64,000 bases of DNA from Pseudomonas aeruginosa PAO1 (GTDB taxonomy: Bacteria > Pseudomonadota > Gammaproteobacteria > Pseudomonadales > Pseudomonadaceae), in the NCBI RefSeq assembly GCF_000006765.1, contig NC_002516.2; one strand, 5' to 3'. Under the pieces are notes generated by a model. That model did no database searches and was not told the origin of the DNA. It saw only the letters and a program-made list of their open reading frames with translations. The translations under genes and the position numbers were made by a program. Below are positions 29,312 to 39,862 of the stretch, piece after piece (position 1 is the first letter of the stretch; each line of letters opens with the position of its first letter).

Positions 29312-29680
29312 TCAGAAACGCAACGCGTCCGCCGCCGCGCTCTCGCCGGTCAACGCTTGCCAGGCGAAGGGGCTTGGCGCCAGGCCGAGATCGCCGAACA
29401 GGCGGTAGTCCGGGACGGCGGCGGGCTGGCGGGCGGCCGGGGAAAAATCATCGCGGCCGAGGCGGGTGACCAGAACCCGGGCCTGCACCTGCAACGCCAC
29501 CAGGCTGAGGCTTTCCCGCGCCGTGCAGCCCACCTCGCCGCACGCCACCGGCGAGTCCTCCAGCAGGAGTTCCTGGCGGCGTGCTTCGGCAACCGCGCGG
29601 AGTTCGGCGGCGAAGGACGGCTGGCACAGGCTCAGCAACAACGGCAGGACGAAACGGGCAAAGCGGGGCTGGCGGATCAT
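29312..29680 (-). CDS. Hypothetical exported protein (PA2898-like)
   Basis: 122 aa; signal-peptide-like N-terminus (RFARFVLPLLLSLCQPSFA) and a CGEVGC pair. Confidence 0.6.
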   Translation of the reverse strand: MIRQPRFARFVLPLLLSLCQPSFAAELRAVAEARRQELLLEDSPVACGEVGCTARESLSLVALQVQARVLVTRLGRDDFSPAARQPAAVPDYRLFGDLGLAPSPFAWQALTGESAAADALRF

Positions 29681-29765
29681 GCGGATTCCTCGGCTGCGGC
29701 GGGATGGCTCCCGGGGGCTGGCGAGGATTGTTCCGCAACTGGCGGTCGAGATGTTTCGAACCCGG

Positions 29766-30404
29766 TCAGGCGAGTTCGTGGAGCCAGTTCATCACGCCCA
29801 GGGCGATCAGTTCGGCGTCACTGTTGAGGCCTATCTTGACCATCGCGTTCTTCTTGTGGGTGCTGATGGTCGACACGCTGCGCATGGTCCGCTGGGCGAT
29901 CTCGCTGACCGTGTCGCCACGCGCCAGGCGCCGGAGGATGTCCACCTCGGTGGGGCTCAGCGGCTTGCCGGTATGCCGCTGCGGGTGCAGGCCGGGGTCG
30001 AGGAAGGTCTGTCCGAGCGCCATGCACTCCAGCGCCGCCTTCAACGTCTCCAGCGGGCTGCGCTTGCTGATGTAGGCCGAGGCGCCGCTGCGCAGGACCG
30101 CCTTGGCCAGCAACGGCGCGCTGAACACCGAGTAGACCATCACCTTCATTTGCGGGCAGTGCCGGGTCAGCCATTCCACCAGGTGGATACCGTCGCGGCT
30201 GCGCTGGCCAGGCAAGCCCAGCTCGGTGATCAGGATGCTTTCCGGCGGCAGGTCGGCCAGGCGCTCCACCAGGCTGTCGCTATCGCCGACCACCGCCAGC
30301 ACCTGGCGTCCGCACTCCTCGCTGAGGTAGCGCTGCAGCGCCCACTGCATGACCGGGAAGGAATCGGCGATCACCAGCCCCGGCAGGGTTTCGTTCGAAC
30401 TCAT
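29766..30404 (-). CDS. NarL/RcsB-like regulator with an atypical receiver (PA2899-like)
   Basis: 212 aa; LuxR HTH LSPTEVDILRRLARGDTVSEIA...STISTHKKNAM; receiver has ITELGLPG. Confidence 0.9.
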   Translation of the reverse strand: MSSNETLPGLVIADSFPVMQWALQRYLSEECGRQVLAVVGDSDSLVERLADLPPESILITELGLPGQRSRDGIHLVEWLTRHCPQMKVMVYSVFSAPLLAKAVLRSGASAYISKRSPLETLKAALECMALGQTFLDPGLHPQRHTGKPLSPTEVDILRRLARGDTVSEIAQRTMRSVSTISTHKKNAMVKIGLNSDAELIALGVMNWLHELA

Positions 30405-30544
30405 TGCGCCTCTCTACTCGTTATAACGAAATACAAGGTGCTTATGCTGCACGGATTGCTGCTCGAACTAGTTCGATCCCGATGATAGCCCGCTCTTGCG
30501 CAAGTTCTGACAGAGAAATCCGGCGCCACCCGGTTCGCCAGGCG

Positions 30545-30578
30545 AAAAAAGCCCCGGACCCTTTGGGGTACCGGGGCT
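30545..30578 (-). terminator. Intrinsic terminator after the OmpA-family gene
   Basis: Minus strand AGCCCCGGTACCCCAAAGGGTCCGGGGC-TTTTTT: GC stem followed by a U run. Confidence 0.8.
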
Positions 30579-30597
30579 CCCTGCGGCGGCGCGGGGC

Positions 30598-31407
30598 TCA
30601 GCGCGGCGCGCTGAGCTGGCCCTTGTCGTTGGAGAAGACGATCTCCACCCGGCGGTTCTGCGCCCGCCCCCGGTTGGAGGCGTTGTCGGTGACCGGGAAG
30701 GCTTCGCCGTAGCCGACCACCTGCATGCGCGCGGGATCCACGCCGAGATCGGCGAGCACGTCGGCCACCGCCTGGGCGCGCTCGCGCGACAGGTCGAGGT
30801 TGGCCTGCCTGTCGCCGACGCTGTCGGTATAGCCTTCGATGCGGATCACCCGCCGCGGATTGAGCTGGAGGAACTGCACCAGCTTCAGCGCGGTGCGGTT
30901 GGCCGCCGGCTTGAGTTCGGCGCGGTTGAAGTCGAACAGCACGTCGCCAAGGGTGAGCACCAGGCCACGCTCGGTTTCCTCGGTGCTGAGACTGGCGATC
31001 TCCTCGCTCAGGCGCTGGCCCTGCTCCTGCACGCTGAGCAGCTTGGCTTCGCGCAGGGCCAGTTGCAGGCGCTCGCGCTCCAGTTGCAGGCGGGTCAGGC
31101 GCTCCTGGTTGAGGTTGAGCAAGGCGTGCTGGCGAGCGATCTCGCTGTAGCGCTGGCTCAGGTAGGCATACTGGATCACGTCGCTGCTGCTGCCCCAGTA
31201 GCTGGACAGGCGTTCGGCGCGGGCCAGCGATTCGCCGGCGCGGATCACATCCTTGGGCGCCGCGCGGAGCACGTCGGAATCTTCCTTGACCTGGTCGAAC
31301 TCGCTCTGCGCCTTGGCCAGCGACTGTTCGCTGAGCTTGTGGTCGGCGCAGCCAGCCAGCGCGGCGCAGGCCAGCAGGGTGGCGAAGAGAGTCGCTTTGC
31401 CCGGCAT
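30598..31407 (-). CDS. OmpA/Pal-family lipoprotein with DUF4398-like N-terminus (PA2900-like)
   Basis: 269 aa from ATG 31407; LAGC lipobox; DVLFDFN, IEGYTDSVG, LSRERA, NRRVEI. Confidence 0.92.
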   Translation of the reverse strand: MPGKATLFATLLACAALAGCADHKLSEQSLAKAQSEFDQVKEDSDVLRAAPKDVIRAGESLARAERLSSYWGSSSDVIQYAYLSQRYSEIARQHALLNLNQERLTRLQLERERLQLALREAKLLSVQEQGQRLSEEIASLSTEETERGLVLTLGDVLFDFNRAELKPAANRTALKLVQFLQLNPRRVIRIEGYTDSVGDRQANLDLSRERAQAVADVLADLGVDPARMQVVGYGEAFPVTDNASNRGRAQNRRVEIVFSNDKGQLSAPR

Positions 31408-31766
31408 CAGTCGGTCTCCCCCAGTTGCTTGCGCAGACGTTTCAGGCTCTTGTCCAGCTCGCCGAGCTGGTCCTTGCTCTTCTGCGTCAGCACCTTGGAC
31501 TCGGCGAGGCGTGCATCCAGCTCGGCCTGCTCGGCCAACAGGCGCGCCTTCTTGTAGGACTCCGCGGTCATCGCGATCTGCGCCGCGGCGTACTTGTCCT
31601 GGGCCAGTTTCAGCTCGGCCACGTCGTCGGTGGCACCCACCGCCTTGGCCTGCTCCAGCGCCTGTTCGGTCAGGCGCATCTGCTCCAGCGGAGCCGGGTC
31701 GTTGCTCGCACAACCGCTCAGGGTCAGCGCGGCGAGGCCTGCGGCCATCATCCATCGAATGCTCAC
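31407..31766 (-). CDS. DUF4398 lipoprotein (PA2901-like)
   Basis: 119 aa; LSGC lipobox; helical, AEQAELDARLAE motif. Confidence 0.88.
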   Translation of the reverse strand: MSIRWMMAAGLAALTLSGCASNDPAPLEQMRLTEQALEQAKAVGATDDVAELKLAQDKYAAAQIAMTAESYKKARLLAEQAELDARLAESKVLTQKSKDQLGELDKSLKRLRKQLGETD

Positions 31767-32611
31767 AAGTCACTTTCCTGCGTAGTCGAACTGGCGCCGG
31801 AAGCCGGCAATTGCTGGGCTTTCCAGCGTTCGAGATTGTCCTGCAAGAGCGTTACGGGAACGCCGGCAGCCGACAATTCTGTCATCTTTTTCGCCAGTTG
31901 TCCGCGCAGCCACGGATCGTTGCAGGCGGAGTTGTGCGACAGCGTCAGGTACAGCCCCTCGCTGCTCAGCACCGGTTCCAGCGCCTCCAGGTCGTCGGCC
32001 ATGCCCAGCGCCTCGACCTGGGCCTGCCCGGGCAACGCCTGGTAGAGGAGGAACTCGCTGCGCTTGAGCATCAGGTCCTGCAAGCCCTGGGTCAGGCTCG
32101 GCACCGGCTTCAGGTCGAGACTGGCCTTGGCGAAGCGGTCGAACTCCTCGCCCAGGCTGCTGCCGGCCAGCACGCTGCCCTTGTGCCCGATCAGGTCGTC
32201 GCGGCCGATGAACGGGAACGCGGCGTCCTTGTTCACCCAGACCACCCCGCTGGTCATCAGGAACGGCGGATGCATATAGTCCATGCTGCCGAGCCGTGCC
32301 AGGGTCAGGTAGGCCCCGGCGAGCAGGTCGGCGCGACCGCTGGTCACCTCTTCCTGGGCCTTCTCCCAGGAGCCGCTGTAGAGCACGTCGATGCGCACGC
32401 CGAGCTCCTTGCCCAGGCGCTGCAACAGGTCGGCATTGGCTCCGATCAGGCGCTTCGGATCCTGCGGGTCGCGCCACAGGTAGGGTGGGTACTCCGGGTT
32501 GCCGGTGGCCACCAGGCGCTCGCAGGAGCCGGCCGCCGCGGCCAGCCCCGGAACGAACAGCGCCGCCAGCAGGATGCCGGCCAGGCGGCACGGGGAACAG
32601 CGAAAGGACAT
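31763..32611 (-). CDS. Family 3 periplasmic solute-binding protein (PA2902-like)
   Basis: 282 aa from ATG 32611; signal peptide; EYPPY, GANADLL, GRADLL. Confidence 0.85.
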   Translation of the reverse strand: MSFRCSPCRLAGILLAALFVPGLAAAAGSCERLVATGNPEYPPYLWRDPQDPKRLIGANADLLQRLGKELGVRIDVLYSGSWEKAQEEVTSGRADLLAGAYLTLARLGSMDYMHPPFLMTSGVVWVNKDAAFPFIGRDDLIGHKGSVLAGSSLGEEFDRFAKASLDLKPVPSLTQGLQDLMLKRSEFLLYQALPGQAQVEALGMADDLEALEPVLSSEGLYLTLSHNSACNDPWLRGQLAKKMTELSAAGVPVTLLQDNLERWKAQQLPASGASSTTQESDL

Positions 32612-32680
32612 GGATTCAGGCTCCGCGGTACAGGGATGCGCGCAGCAGTCTGCCACATTTCCGCGCGCGCTCCCGCCCCG

Positions 32681-34360
32681 CTATTCCGATGGGTACCAGC
32701 GCGGCGTGTAGACCCAGGCTTCGCCGTCGGCGCGCGGGAAGCTGCGGGTAGTGGACGAGCCGATGATCACCAGGGTGCGCATGTCCACCTGCTCCGCACG
32801 CAGCTCGCCCAGGGTGGTGCGCAGCAGGCGCTCACCGGGCCGCCCGATGTCGCGACCGAGCACCACCAGGGTCTGCGGCGAACGATGGCGGGCGACGATC
32901 TCCAGCGCCCGTCCCAGTTGCCAGGGCCGCGCCCGCGAGATCGGATTGTAGAAAGCCATCGCCAGGTCGGCGGCGCCGGCCAGGTCCAGGCGCCGCTCGA
33001 TCACCTCCCAGGGCTTGAGGTTGTCGGACAGCGACAGCACGCAGAAATCGTGGCCCAGAGGCGCCCCCGCCCTGGCCGCGGTGGCCAGGGCCGCCGAGAC
33101 GCCAGGGAAGATCCGCAGCTCGACCGCGTCCCAGGCCGGCTCGCCAGCGCCATGCAGGGCTTCCAGCACCGCGGCGGCCATGGCGAACACGCCGGGGTCG
33201 CCGGACGATACCAGCACCACCGCCCTGCCCGTCGCCGCCAGTTCGAAGGCATGCCGGGCGCGCTGCAATTCCTCGCGGTTGTCGCTGCCATGCAGCACCT
33301 GTCCGGCGCGGAAGGGTCCGGCCATGTCGACGTAGGTCTGGTAGCCGAGGATGTCCTCGGCCTCGTCCAGTGCCCGCCGCGCCGCAGGCACCATCAGCTC
33401 GGCGCAGCCGGGCCCCAGGCCGATCACTGTGAGTCGGCCGCGACGCTGGCCGATGCGGTCCATCGCCAAGGGCGCGGCGGCCACCGCCAGCCGGTCGCCG
33501 ACCTGCTCGGCGGCGGGCAAGGCCTGGCGCAGGCGCGCAGCGGGATCGGCCTGCGGCAGGAAGCGCAGCGGTACGCCGAGCGCATCGGCGGCGGCCTGCA
33601 GGCGCGGATCGGCCATCCGCGCGCTGTCGGCCAGCAAGCCGCCGAGCGCCGCCGCGGCCAGGCCGGCATCGACCAGCGCCTGGCGCACCGCGTCCGCCGC
33701 CGCGTCGGCAGGTTCGAGCGCCGCCAGCACGCAGCGCGGATGGATCAGCAGTTCCTCGGCCCGCGGCGCACGCGCCGAGGGCGTTACGTGAATCGCCAGC
33801 GCTGCCTCCGGGTCGCGCGGCAAACGGGCCGCGTCGAGCCAGTCGGCGGCACCCTCGACGCGCACCGGCTGGCCACCGAGCAAATCGGCAACGAAGCGCT
33901 TGCCCTGCTCCAGGTCGGCCAGGACATAACCGGCGGGCGGGTTGAGCACGCAGGTGCCGAAGCGCAGCTCGCCGCTGGTGGTGATCGCCGGCGCCACGGC
34001 CAGCACCTCGCCGATTTCCCGCGCCAGCCGGTTGACCCCGGCCAGCCCGCCGAGCAGCGGCACCACCGCGCTACCGTCCTCGGCCAGGGCCAGCACCGGC
34101 GGCTCCGCTCCCTTGCGTTGCAACAACGGCGCCAGGCTGCGAATGACGATGCCGGCGGCGCACAGGGCGACGATCGGGCGGTCGGCGCAATACAGTTCGC
34201 GCAGGGTGTCGCCGAAGTCCGTATAGGAACGGTCGGCCTCGACCCGCCCGGCGAGCCCGTGGACCAGCGCCCCGGGATAGCGCGCCTGGACCCGCCGCGC
34301 GGTATCCAGCGCGCCCTGGCCGAGGATGACGATGGCCGGAACCTGCTGGGTGTCACTCAC
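32681..34360 (-). CDS. cobJ: CbiG/CobE-CobJ fusion, precorrin-3B C17-methyltransferase
   Basis: 559 aa; N-terminal CbiG (AAGIVIR, EPPVL, GANRL-like, ITTSG); C-terminal [25 protein letters not shown]. Confidence 0.93.
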
Positions 34361-35105
34361 CGCCGGCCCCTCCCTGCCACTTGTCGCCGGGAACGACGAT
34401 CAGCGAGAAGTACGGCGAGGCCATCGGCTCCACCCGTTCCAACGGCACGATCCGCTGGTTGGCCATGGTCGCCCGCTCGACGTACAGCGCGCGGCGCTCG
34501 AGGCCAAGCTCGACCAGCACGCGGCGGACCTTGTCGAAATTGCGGCCGAGCTTCATCACCACCGCCGCGTCGGCATCCGCCAGGCGCCGGCGCAACTCCT
34601 CCTCGGGCAGCACTCCGGAGAGCACCGAGAGGCTCTGGTTGCGGTACACCAGCGGCGCACCGAGCACCGCCGCGCCGCCGAGCATCGAGCAGACGCCAGG
34701 CACCACTTCGCTTTCGTAGCGCGTCGCCAGGCGGTCGTGCAGGTACATGTAGGAACCGTAGAAGAACGGGTCGCCCTCGCAGATCACCGCCACGTCGCGG
34801 CCGGCGTCCAGGTGCGCGGCCAGCTGTTCGGCGGCGGTGTCGTAGAAATCGCTGATGATGGTCTCGTAGCACAGCGGCGGTTCCAGCTTCTCGGTGGTCA
34901 CCGGATAGACCAGCGGCAGGCGCACCTGGGCCTGGTCCAGGTGCGCCTCGATGATGCCGAAGGCGTTGCCCTTCTTGCCCTTGGCCACGAAATAGCCGAC
35001 CACCGGCGCCGCGCGCAGCAGGCGCAGGGCCTTGAGGGTGATCAGTTCGGGATCGCCGGGCCCGACGCCCAGGCCCAGCAGGCGGCCCTTCACGACACTC
35101 ATCAT
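34353..35105 (-). CDS. cobI: Precorrin-2 C20-methyltransferase
   Basis: 250 aa; [30 protein letters not shown]. Confidence 0.95.
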
Positions 35106-35728
35106 TCGCGCTCCGTGGCCAGGGCGTTCACCGCCGCGGCGGCCATGGCGCTGCCGCCACGGCGACCGCGGACGATCACGTAGGGCACCCCGCGGCTATC
35201 GGCGGCGAGCATCTCCTTGGATTCCGCGGCGCCGACGAAGCCGACCGGGAAGCCCAGGATCAGCGCCGGTTTCGGCGCGCCGGCGTCGAGCATTTCCAGC
35301 AGGTAGAACAGCGCGGTCGGCGCGTTGCCGATCACCACCACGCTGCCCTCCAGGTGCTCGCGCCAGTGCTCCAGGGCCACCGCCGAGCGGGTATTGCCGA
35401 GTTCCGTGGCGAGCGCCGGCACGTCCGCTTCGTTGAGGGTGCAGATCACCCGGTTGGCGGCGGGCAGCCGCGAGCGGGTCACGCCTTCGGCGACCATCCG
35501 CGCGTCGCAGAGGATCGCCGCGCCGGCGGCCAGCGCGGCGCGGCCGGCGGCGCCGGCGCCGGGCGAGAAGCGCAGGTCGTCGACCACGTCGACCATGCCG
35601 CAGGCGTGGATCACCCTGACCGCGAGCTTTTCAAGGTCGGCCGGGATGCCGGCGAGGTTCGCTTCGGCGCGGATGGTAGCGAACGACTGGCGATAGATCG
35701 CCTGGCCATCGCGGATGTAGTCAATCAT
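35102..35728 (-). CDS. cobH: Precorrin-8X methylmutase
   Basis: 208 aa from ATG 35728; [42 protein letters not shown]. Confidence 0.96.
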
Positions 35729-37095
35729 GCGGGTTTTCCGGAAGTGGGCTGGGAAGGCAGGGCCGCCAGGTAGTCGGCGGCCGTGGCGAAAGTCAGGCGG
35801 CTGGCCAGCAACTGGCCGAATCCGGGGTGACATGGGTCGTGCCGGTACAGGTCGTAGAACCCGCCGCTGCGCGCCAGCAGGGTGAGCGGCGCGCGGTGGG
35901 CGGCGGCGCAGGACCGTTCGCAGCCGCACAGGTGCAGTTGCGGCAGGTCGCTGCGCGGGCCGAGGCGTTCGGCCAGGCGCAAGGCGTCGCCCTTGGTGTC
36001 GGCCAGGCCTCTGGCGCAGGCGCTGGAACCGCTGCAGGCGATCAGCCGCGCCAACGGCGCATCGGGCTCGGTCAGCAGGCCGAGTCCGCGCAGGCCGAGC
36101 AGCGCCTGGTCGGCCTCGGCATGCGCCAGGTTCGGCAGGAGCACGCCTTGCCAGGGGGTCAGGCGCAGGCTGCCGTCGCCATGGCGTTCGACCAGCTCGG
36201 CCAGGCCTTCCAGGCAAGCGCTGTCGAGCCGGCCGAGCGGCGCCGCCGCGCCGACCATCACCAGGCCCGGCTGGCGTTGCGGCTGGACGCCGAGATGACT
36301 CCACGGACGCCCCGGCGAACGCCGCCAGGCCGCCACCCGCTCGTCACGCCGCAGAGGGAAATCCAGGCGCGCCTGCAAGGCCTCCAGCAAGGGTTCTCCG
36401 TCCAGCTCCTGCAACAGGTGGCGCATCCGCGTCTGTTGCGGCTGGGCGCGCTCGAGGAACAGGTCGAGCAACGCCAGCACCAGGGACTCGCCCCGCTCCG
36501 CCGGCAACGCCGCCAGGGGGCGGTCGCGGGCCGGGCAGCCGGCGAGTCCGAAGACCAGCGTCGCGGTCGGCGCCGCGGGCATCGGCGAGAGCCAGATGTC
36601 ATGGGGATGTTCGAGCATCGCCAGGTCTTCGCCGCCGTCCAGCTGGATGGCGAACTTGGCCGACAGCGCGTGGTAGCGGCTGTCCGCCTGGAGCCGCAGC
36701 AACAGCCGAGCGGCCAGCGGGCGCACGTCCAGCGACAGGTGCGGATCGAGCCCGGCGGCCGGGCTGAGCATCAGGTTGCGCACGTCGTCGGCGCCGGCCA
36801 GGGACCCATGCCGGGGACCGAGGCCGGCGTCCAGCAGGCGGCGGACAAGCCGCTCTTCCTCGCCGCGACGGACGCCGCGCAATTGCAGGTTGGAACGGTT
36901 GGTCGTCTCGATCACGCCGCTGGCGCAATCCCGCGCCGCGGCCGCCACGGCGCGTGCCTGGGCGGCGTCCAGGCGGCCGGCGTCGAGCTTGATGCGGCAG
37001 ATGCCGCCGTCCAGCGCCTGGACGATACGCAGCAGGCCGGGACAGGGCGACGGACGTGGTACGGGCAGGGGCGCCGGGGTCTGGTCGTCGTTCAA
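35725..37095 (-). CDS. cobG: Precorrin-3B synthase (Fe-S monooxygenase)
   Basis: About 456 aa from a probable TTG at 37095; CPGLLRIV..DGGICRIK, ETTNRSNLQLRG, ACSGSSAC, HLCGCERSCA. Confidence 0.88.
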   Translation of the reverse strand: MNDDQTPAPLPVPRPSPCPGLLRIVQALDGGICRIKLDAGRLDAAQARAVAAAARDCASGVIETTNRSNLQLRGVRRGEEERLVRRLLDAGLGPRHGSLAGADDVRNLMLSPAAGLDPHLSLDVRPLAARLLLRLQADSRYHALSAKFAIQLDGGEDLAMLEHPHDIWLSPMPAAPTATLVFGLAGCPARDRPLAALPAERGESLVLALLDLFLERAQPQQTRMRHLLQELDGEPLLEALQARLDFPLRRDERVAAWRRSPGRPWSHLGVQPQRQPGLVMVGAAAPLGRLDSACLEGLAELVERHGDGSLRLTPWQGVLLPNLAHAEADQALLGLRGLGLLTEPDAPLARLIACSGSSACARGLADTKGDALRLAERLGPRSDLPQLHLCGCERSCAAAHRAPLTLLARSGGFYDLYRHDPCHPGFGQLLASRLTFATAADYLAALPSQPTSGKPA

Positions 37096-37199
37096 AAACG
37101 CTACTCGAATCGGCGTCGCGGCGACCGCACCGCTGTCCCCCAGGGACAGACCACGGCATCGGTACACCCCGCCCGATGTTGGCACTCGCGACTGGTTTC

Positions 37200-37395
37200 G
37201 GCGGCAGGTCTCCTGGCTCGCAGCCCGGCGTTCCACCCGGGGGAGGAACCTCCGCTTCGCGCCGCCTTCCCGGTAATCCAGTGGCGAATGGCGCGAATAC
37301 AGGCTGCATACAGTTGCGGGGGCAGCCACGGCTAGGCCCGGGCTTCGAAAAGACCGCGGCTCCGTGTTCCCTCTTCGGCCCTCGTTGGCCCCGCG
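37200..37395 (-). ncRNA. Cobalamin (AdoCbl) riboswitch upstream of cobG
   Basis: Minus strand GAAGAGGGAA...GCTGCCCCCGCAACTGT...GCCACTG...GGGAAGGC...GAGCCAGGAGACCTGCC B12-box. Confidence 0.93.
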
Positions 37396-37521
37396 CTAAC
37401 GCGAAAGGGCCGGGCACCGACGAACGCGCTATTATGCCGCCCAGCCCGGGGCCGGGAAAACCCATTCCGTCCGGAAGCCGTCGCGGGCCCTTCACAGACG
37501 CATTTCAGGAGTATCGGAACC

Positions 37522-38769
37522 GTGTCATCGGCAGACTCGACGCCGCCCTGGCTGACCCTGGTGGGCATCGGCGAGGACGGTTATCCCGGCCTCGGCAAGC
37601 AGGCCCGGCGTGCCCTGCTGCAAGCCAGCCGGATCGTCGGCGCGGCGCGCCAGCTGGAACTGCTGCCGCCGTGCATCGGCGCCGCCCGCGAAACCTGGCC
37701 GACGCCGTTCTCCCTGGAACCATTGCTGGCCCGGCGCGGCCAGCCGACCTGCGTGCTGGCCAGCGGCGACCCGATGCTGTTCGGCGTCGGCGCCAGTCTC
37801 GCCCGGCAACTGCCGGCGACCGAACTGCGGGTCCTGCCGGCGCCTTCCTCCCTCTCGCTGGCCGCCGCCCGCCTCGGCTGGGCCCTGCAGGAGGTCGCCT
37901 GCCTGTCGCTGGTGGCGCGCCCGCTGGCAGCGCTGCAGGCACAGGTCCACGACGGCCGGCGCCTGCTGGTCCTCAGCAACGACGGCGACAGCCCGGCCGC
38001 CATCGCCCGCCTGTTGAACGCCCGTGGCTTCGGCGCCAGTCGCCTGAGCGTGCTGGAACACCTCGGCGGGCCGCTCGAGCGCCGTCTCGACGGCCTCGCT
38101 GGCGACTGGTCGCTGCCGCGCGCCGCCGATCTCAACCTGGTGGCGGTGGAATGCCGCGCCGGCGCCGGCGCCGTGCGCCTGCCGCTGACCCCGGGCCTGG
38201 CCGACGAGGCCTATCGCCACGACGGCCAGTTGACCAAGCGCGACGTCCGCGCCGTGACCCTGGCGCGCCTGGCGCCCTGCCCCGGCGAGCTGCTCTGGGA
38301 CGTCGGCGCCGGTTGCGGCTCCATCGGCATCGAATGGATGCGCGCGCACCCCAGTTGCCGGGCGATCGCCATCGAAGCCAACGACGAGCGCCAGGAACAT
38401 ATCCGCCACAACCGCGACGCCCTCGGCGTACCGACCCTACACCTGGTCGCCGGCAGCGCCCCGGAGGCCCTGCTGGAACTGCCCGAGCCGGACGCCATCT
38501 TCATCGGCGGCGGGGTCACCGCCGAGGGCGTGCTGGAAACCTGCTGGGAGCGCCTGCGGCCCGGCGGCCGCCTGCTCGCCAACGCGGTCACCCTGCAGAG
38601 CGAACGGGTGCTGCTCGACTGGCAGCAACGCCTGGGTGGCGACCTCACCCGCCTCGGCGTCGCCCACGCGCGACCACTGGGCGGTTTCGACACCTGGCGC
38701 CAGGCCTTGCCGATCACCCTGCTGGAATTGCGCAAGCCCGCCGCCAGGAAGCCTCCCCGCGATGCGTGA
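37522..38769 (+). CDS. cobL: Precorrin-6B C5,15-methyltransferase (decarboxylating)
   Basis: 415 aa; [42 protein letters not shown]. Confidence 0.95.
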
Positions 38770-39862
38770 GGAAACCCCCGAGCAGCCCGCGCCGTTGCGC
38801 AGCGGCTACACCACCGGCAGTTGCGCCACCGCCACCAGCCTGGCGGCGGCGCGCCTGCTGCTGGGCGGCACGATCAGCGACGCGGTGCAGATCGTCCTGC
38901 CCAAGGGCCAGCAGGTGCTGATGCGCCTGGAATTCTGCCGCGCCTGGGAAAACGGCGCGGAAGCCGGCACCCTCAAGGATGCCGGCGACGATCCCGACGT
39001 CACCCATGGCGCCCTGGTGTTCGCCCGGGTGCGCCTGAGCGCCGAGCCTGGCGTGCGCTTCCATGCCGGCCCCGGGGTCGGTACGGTGACCCGCCCGGGG
39101 CTGACCCTGGCGGTCGGCGAGCCGGCGATCAATCCGGTGCCGCGACAGATGATCGAACGCCACCTCGCCCAGCTCGCCGCCGAACGGGGCTACGCCGGCG
39201 GCTTCGAGGTCGCCATCGGCGTGGAGGGCGGCGCCGAGCTGGCGCTGAAGACCATGAACCCGCGCCTGGGCATCCTCGGCGGGCTGTCGATCCTCGGCAC
39301 CAGCGGCATCGTCCGGCCGTTCTCCTGCTCGGCCTATATCGCCTCGATCCATCAGGGCATCGATGTCGCTCGCGCCAACGGCGTCCGTCACATCGCCGCC
39401 TGTACCGGCAACGCCAGCGAGGACGCCATGCGCCGGCGCTATGCGCTGCCGGAGATCGCCCTGATCGAGATGGGCGACTTCGCCGGCGCGGTGCTCAAGC
39501 ACCTGCGCAGGGCGCCGGTGGAAAAGCTCAGCCTGTGCGGCGGCTTCGGCAAGATCAGCAAGCTCGCCGGCGGCCACCTCGACCTGCACAGCCGCCATTC
39601 CAGCATCGACCTGCCGCAATTGGCCGGCTGGGCCGCCGCGCTCGGTGCCAGCACCGCGCTACAGGACAGCATGCGCGCCGCCAACACCAGCCAGCAGGCG
39701 CTGGCCCAGGCACACGCCGAAGGCGTGGCCCTGGGCGATGCGGTCTGCGCCCACGCCCTGCGCTTCGCCCGCGGCATCGTGCCCACCGAGGTGGCGCTGG
39801 AAGTCTTCGCCATCGACCGCCAGGGCAACCTGGTCGGCCAGGCCTGCGAGGAGCGCCGATGA
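38762..39862 (+). CDS. cbiD: Cobalt-precorrin-5B C1-methyltransferase
   Basis: 366 aa from ATG 38762; [42 protein letters not shown]. Confidence 0.95.

Noticed and set aside
30418-30429. GTTATAAC palindrome considered as a second Zur box
   Set aside because: Lacks the 7-1-7 geometry seen at 41478; kept only as an unassigned palindrome
31253-34855. 1200-aa + strand ORF, and similar long ORFs (13827-16361, 19379-22012, 23333-25576, 41830-44058)
   Set aside because: Antisense shadows of well-supported genes; Arg/Ala/Gly/Pro-rich with no domain motifs, which is typical of high-GC codon bias
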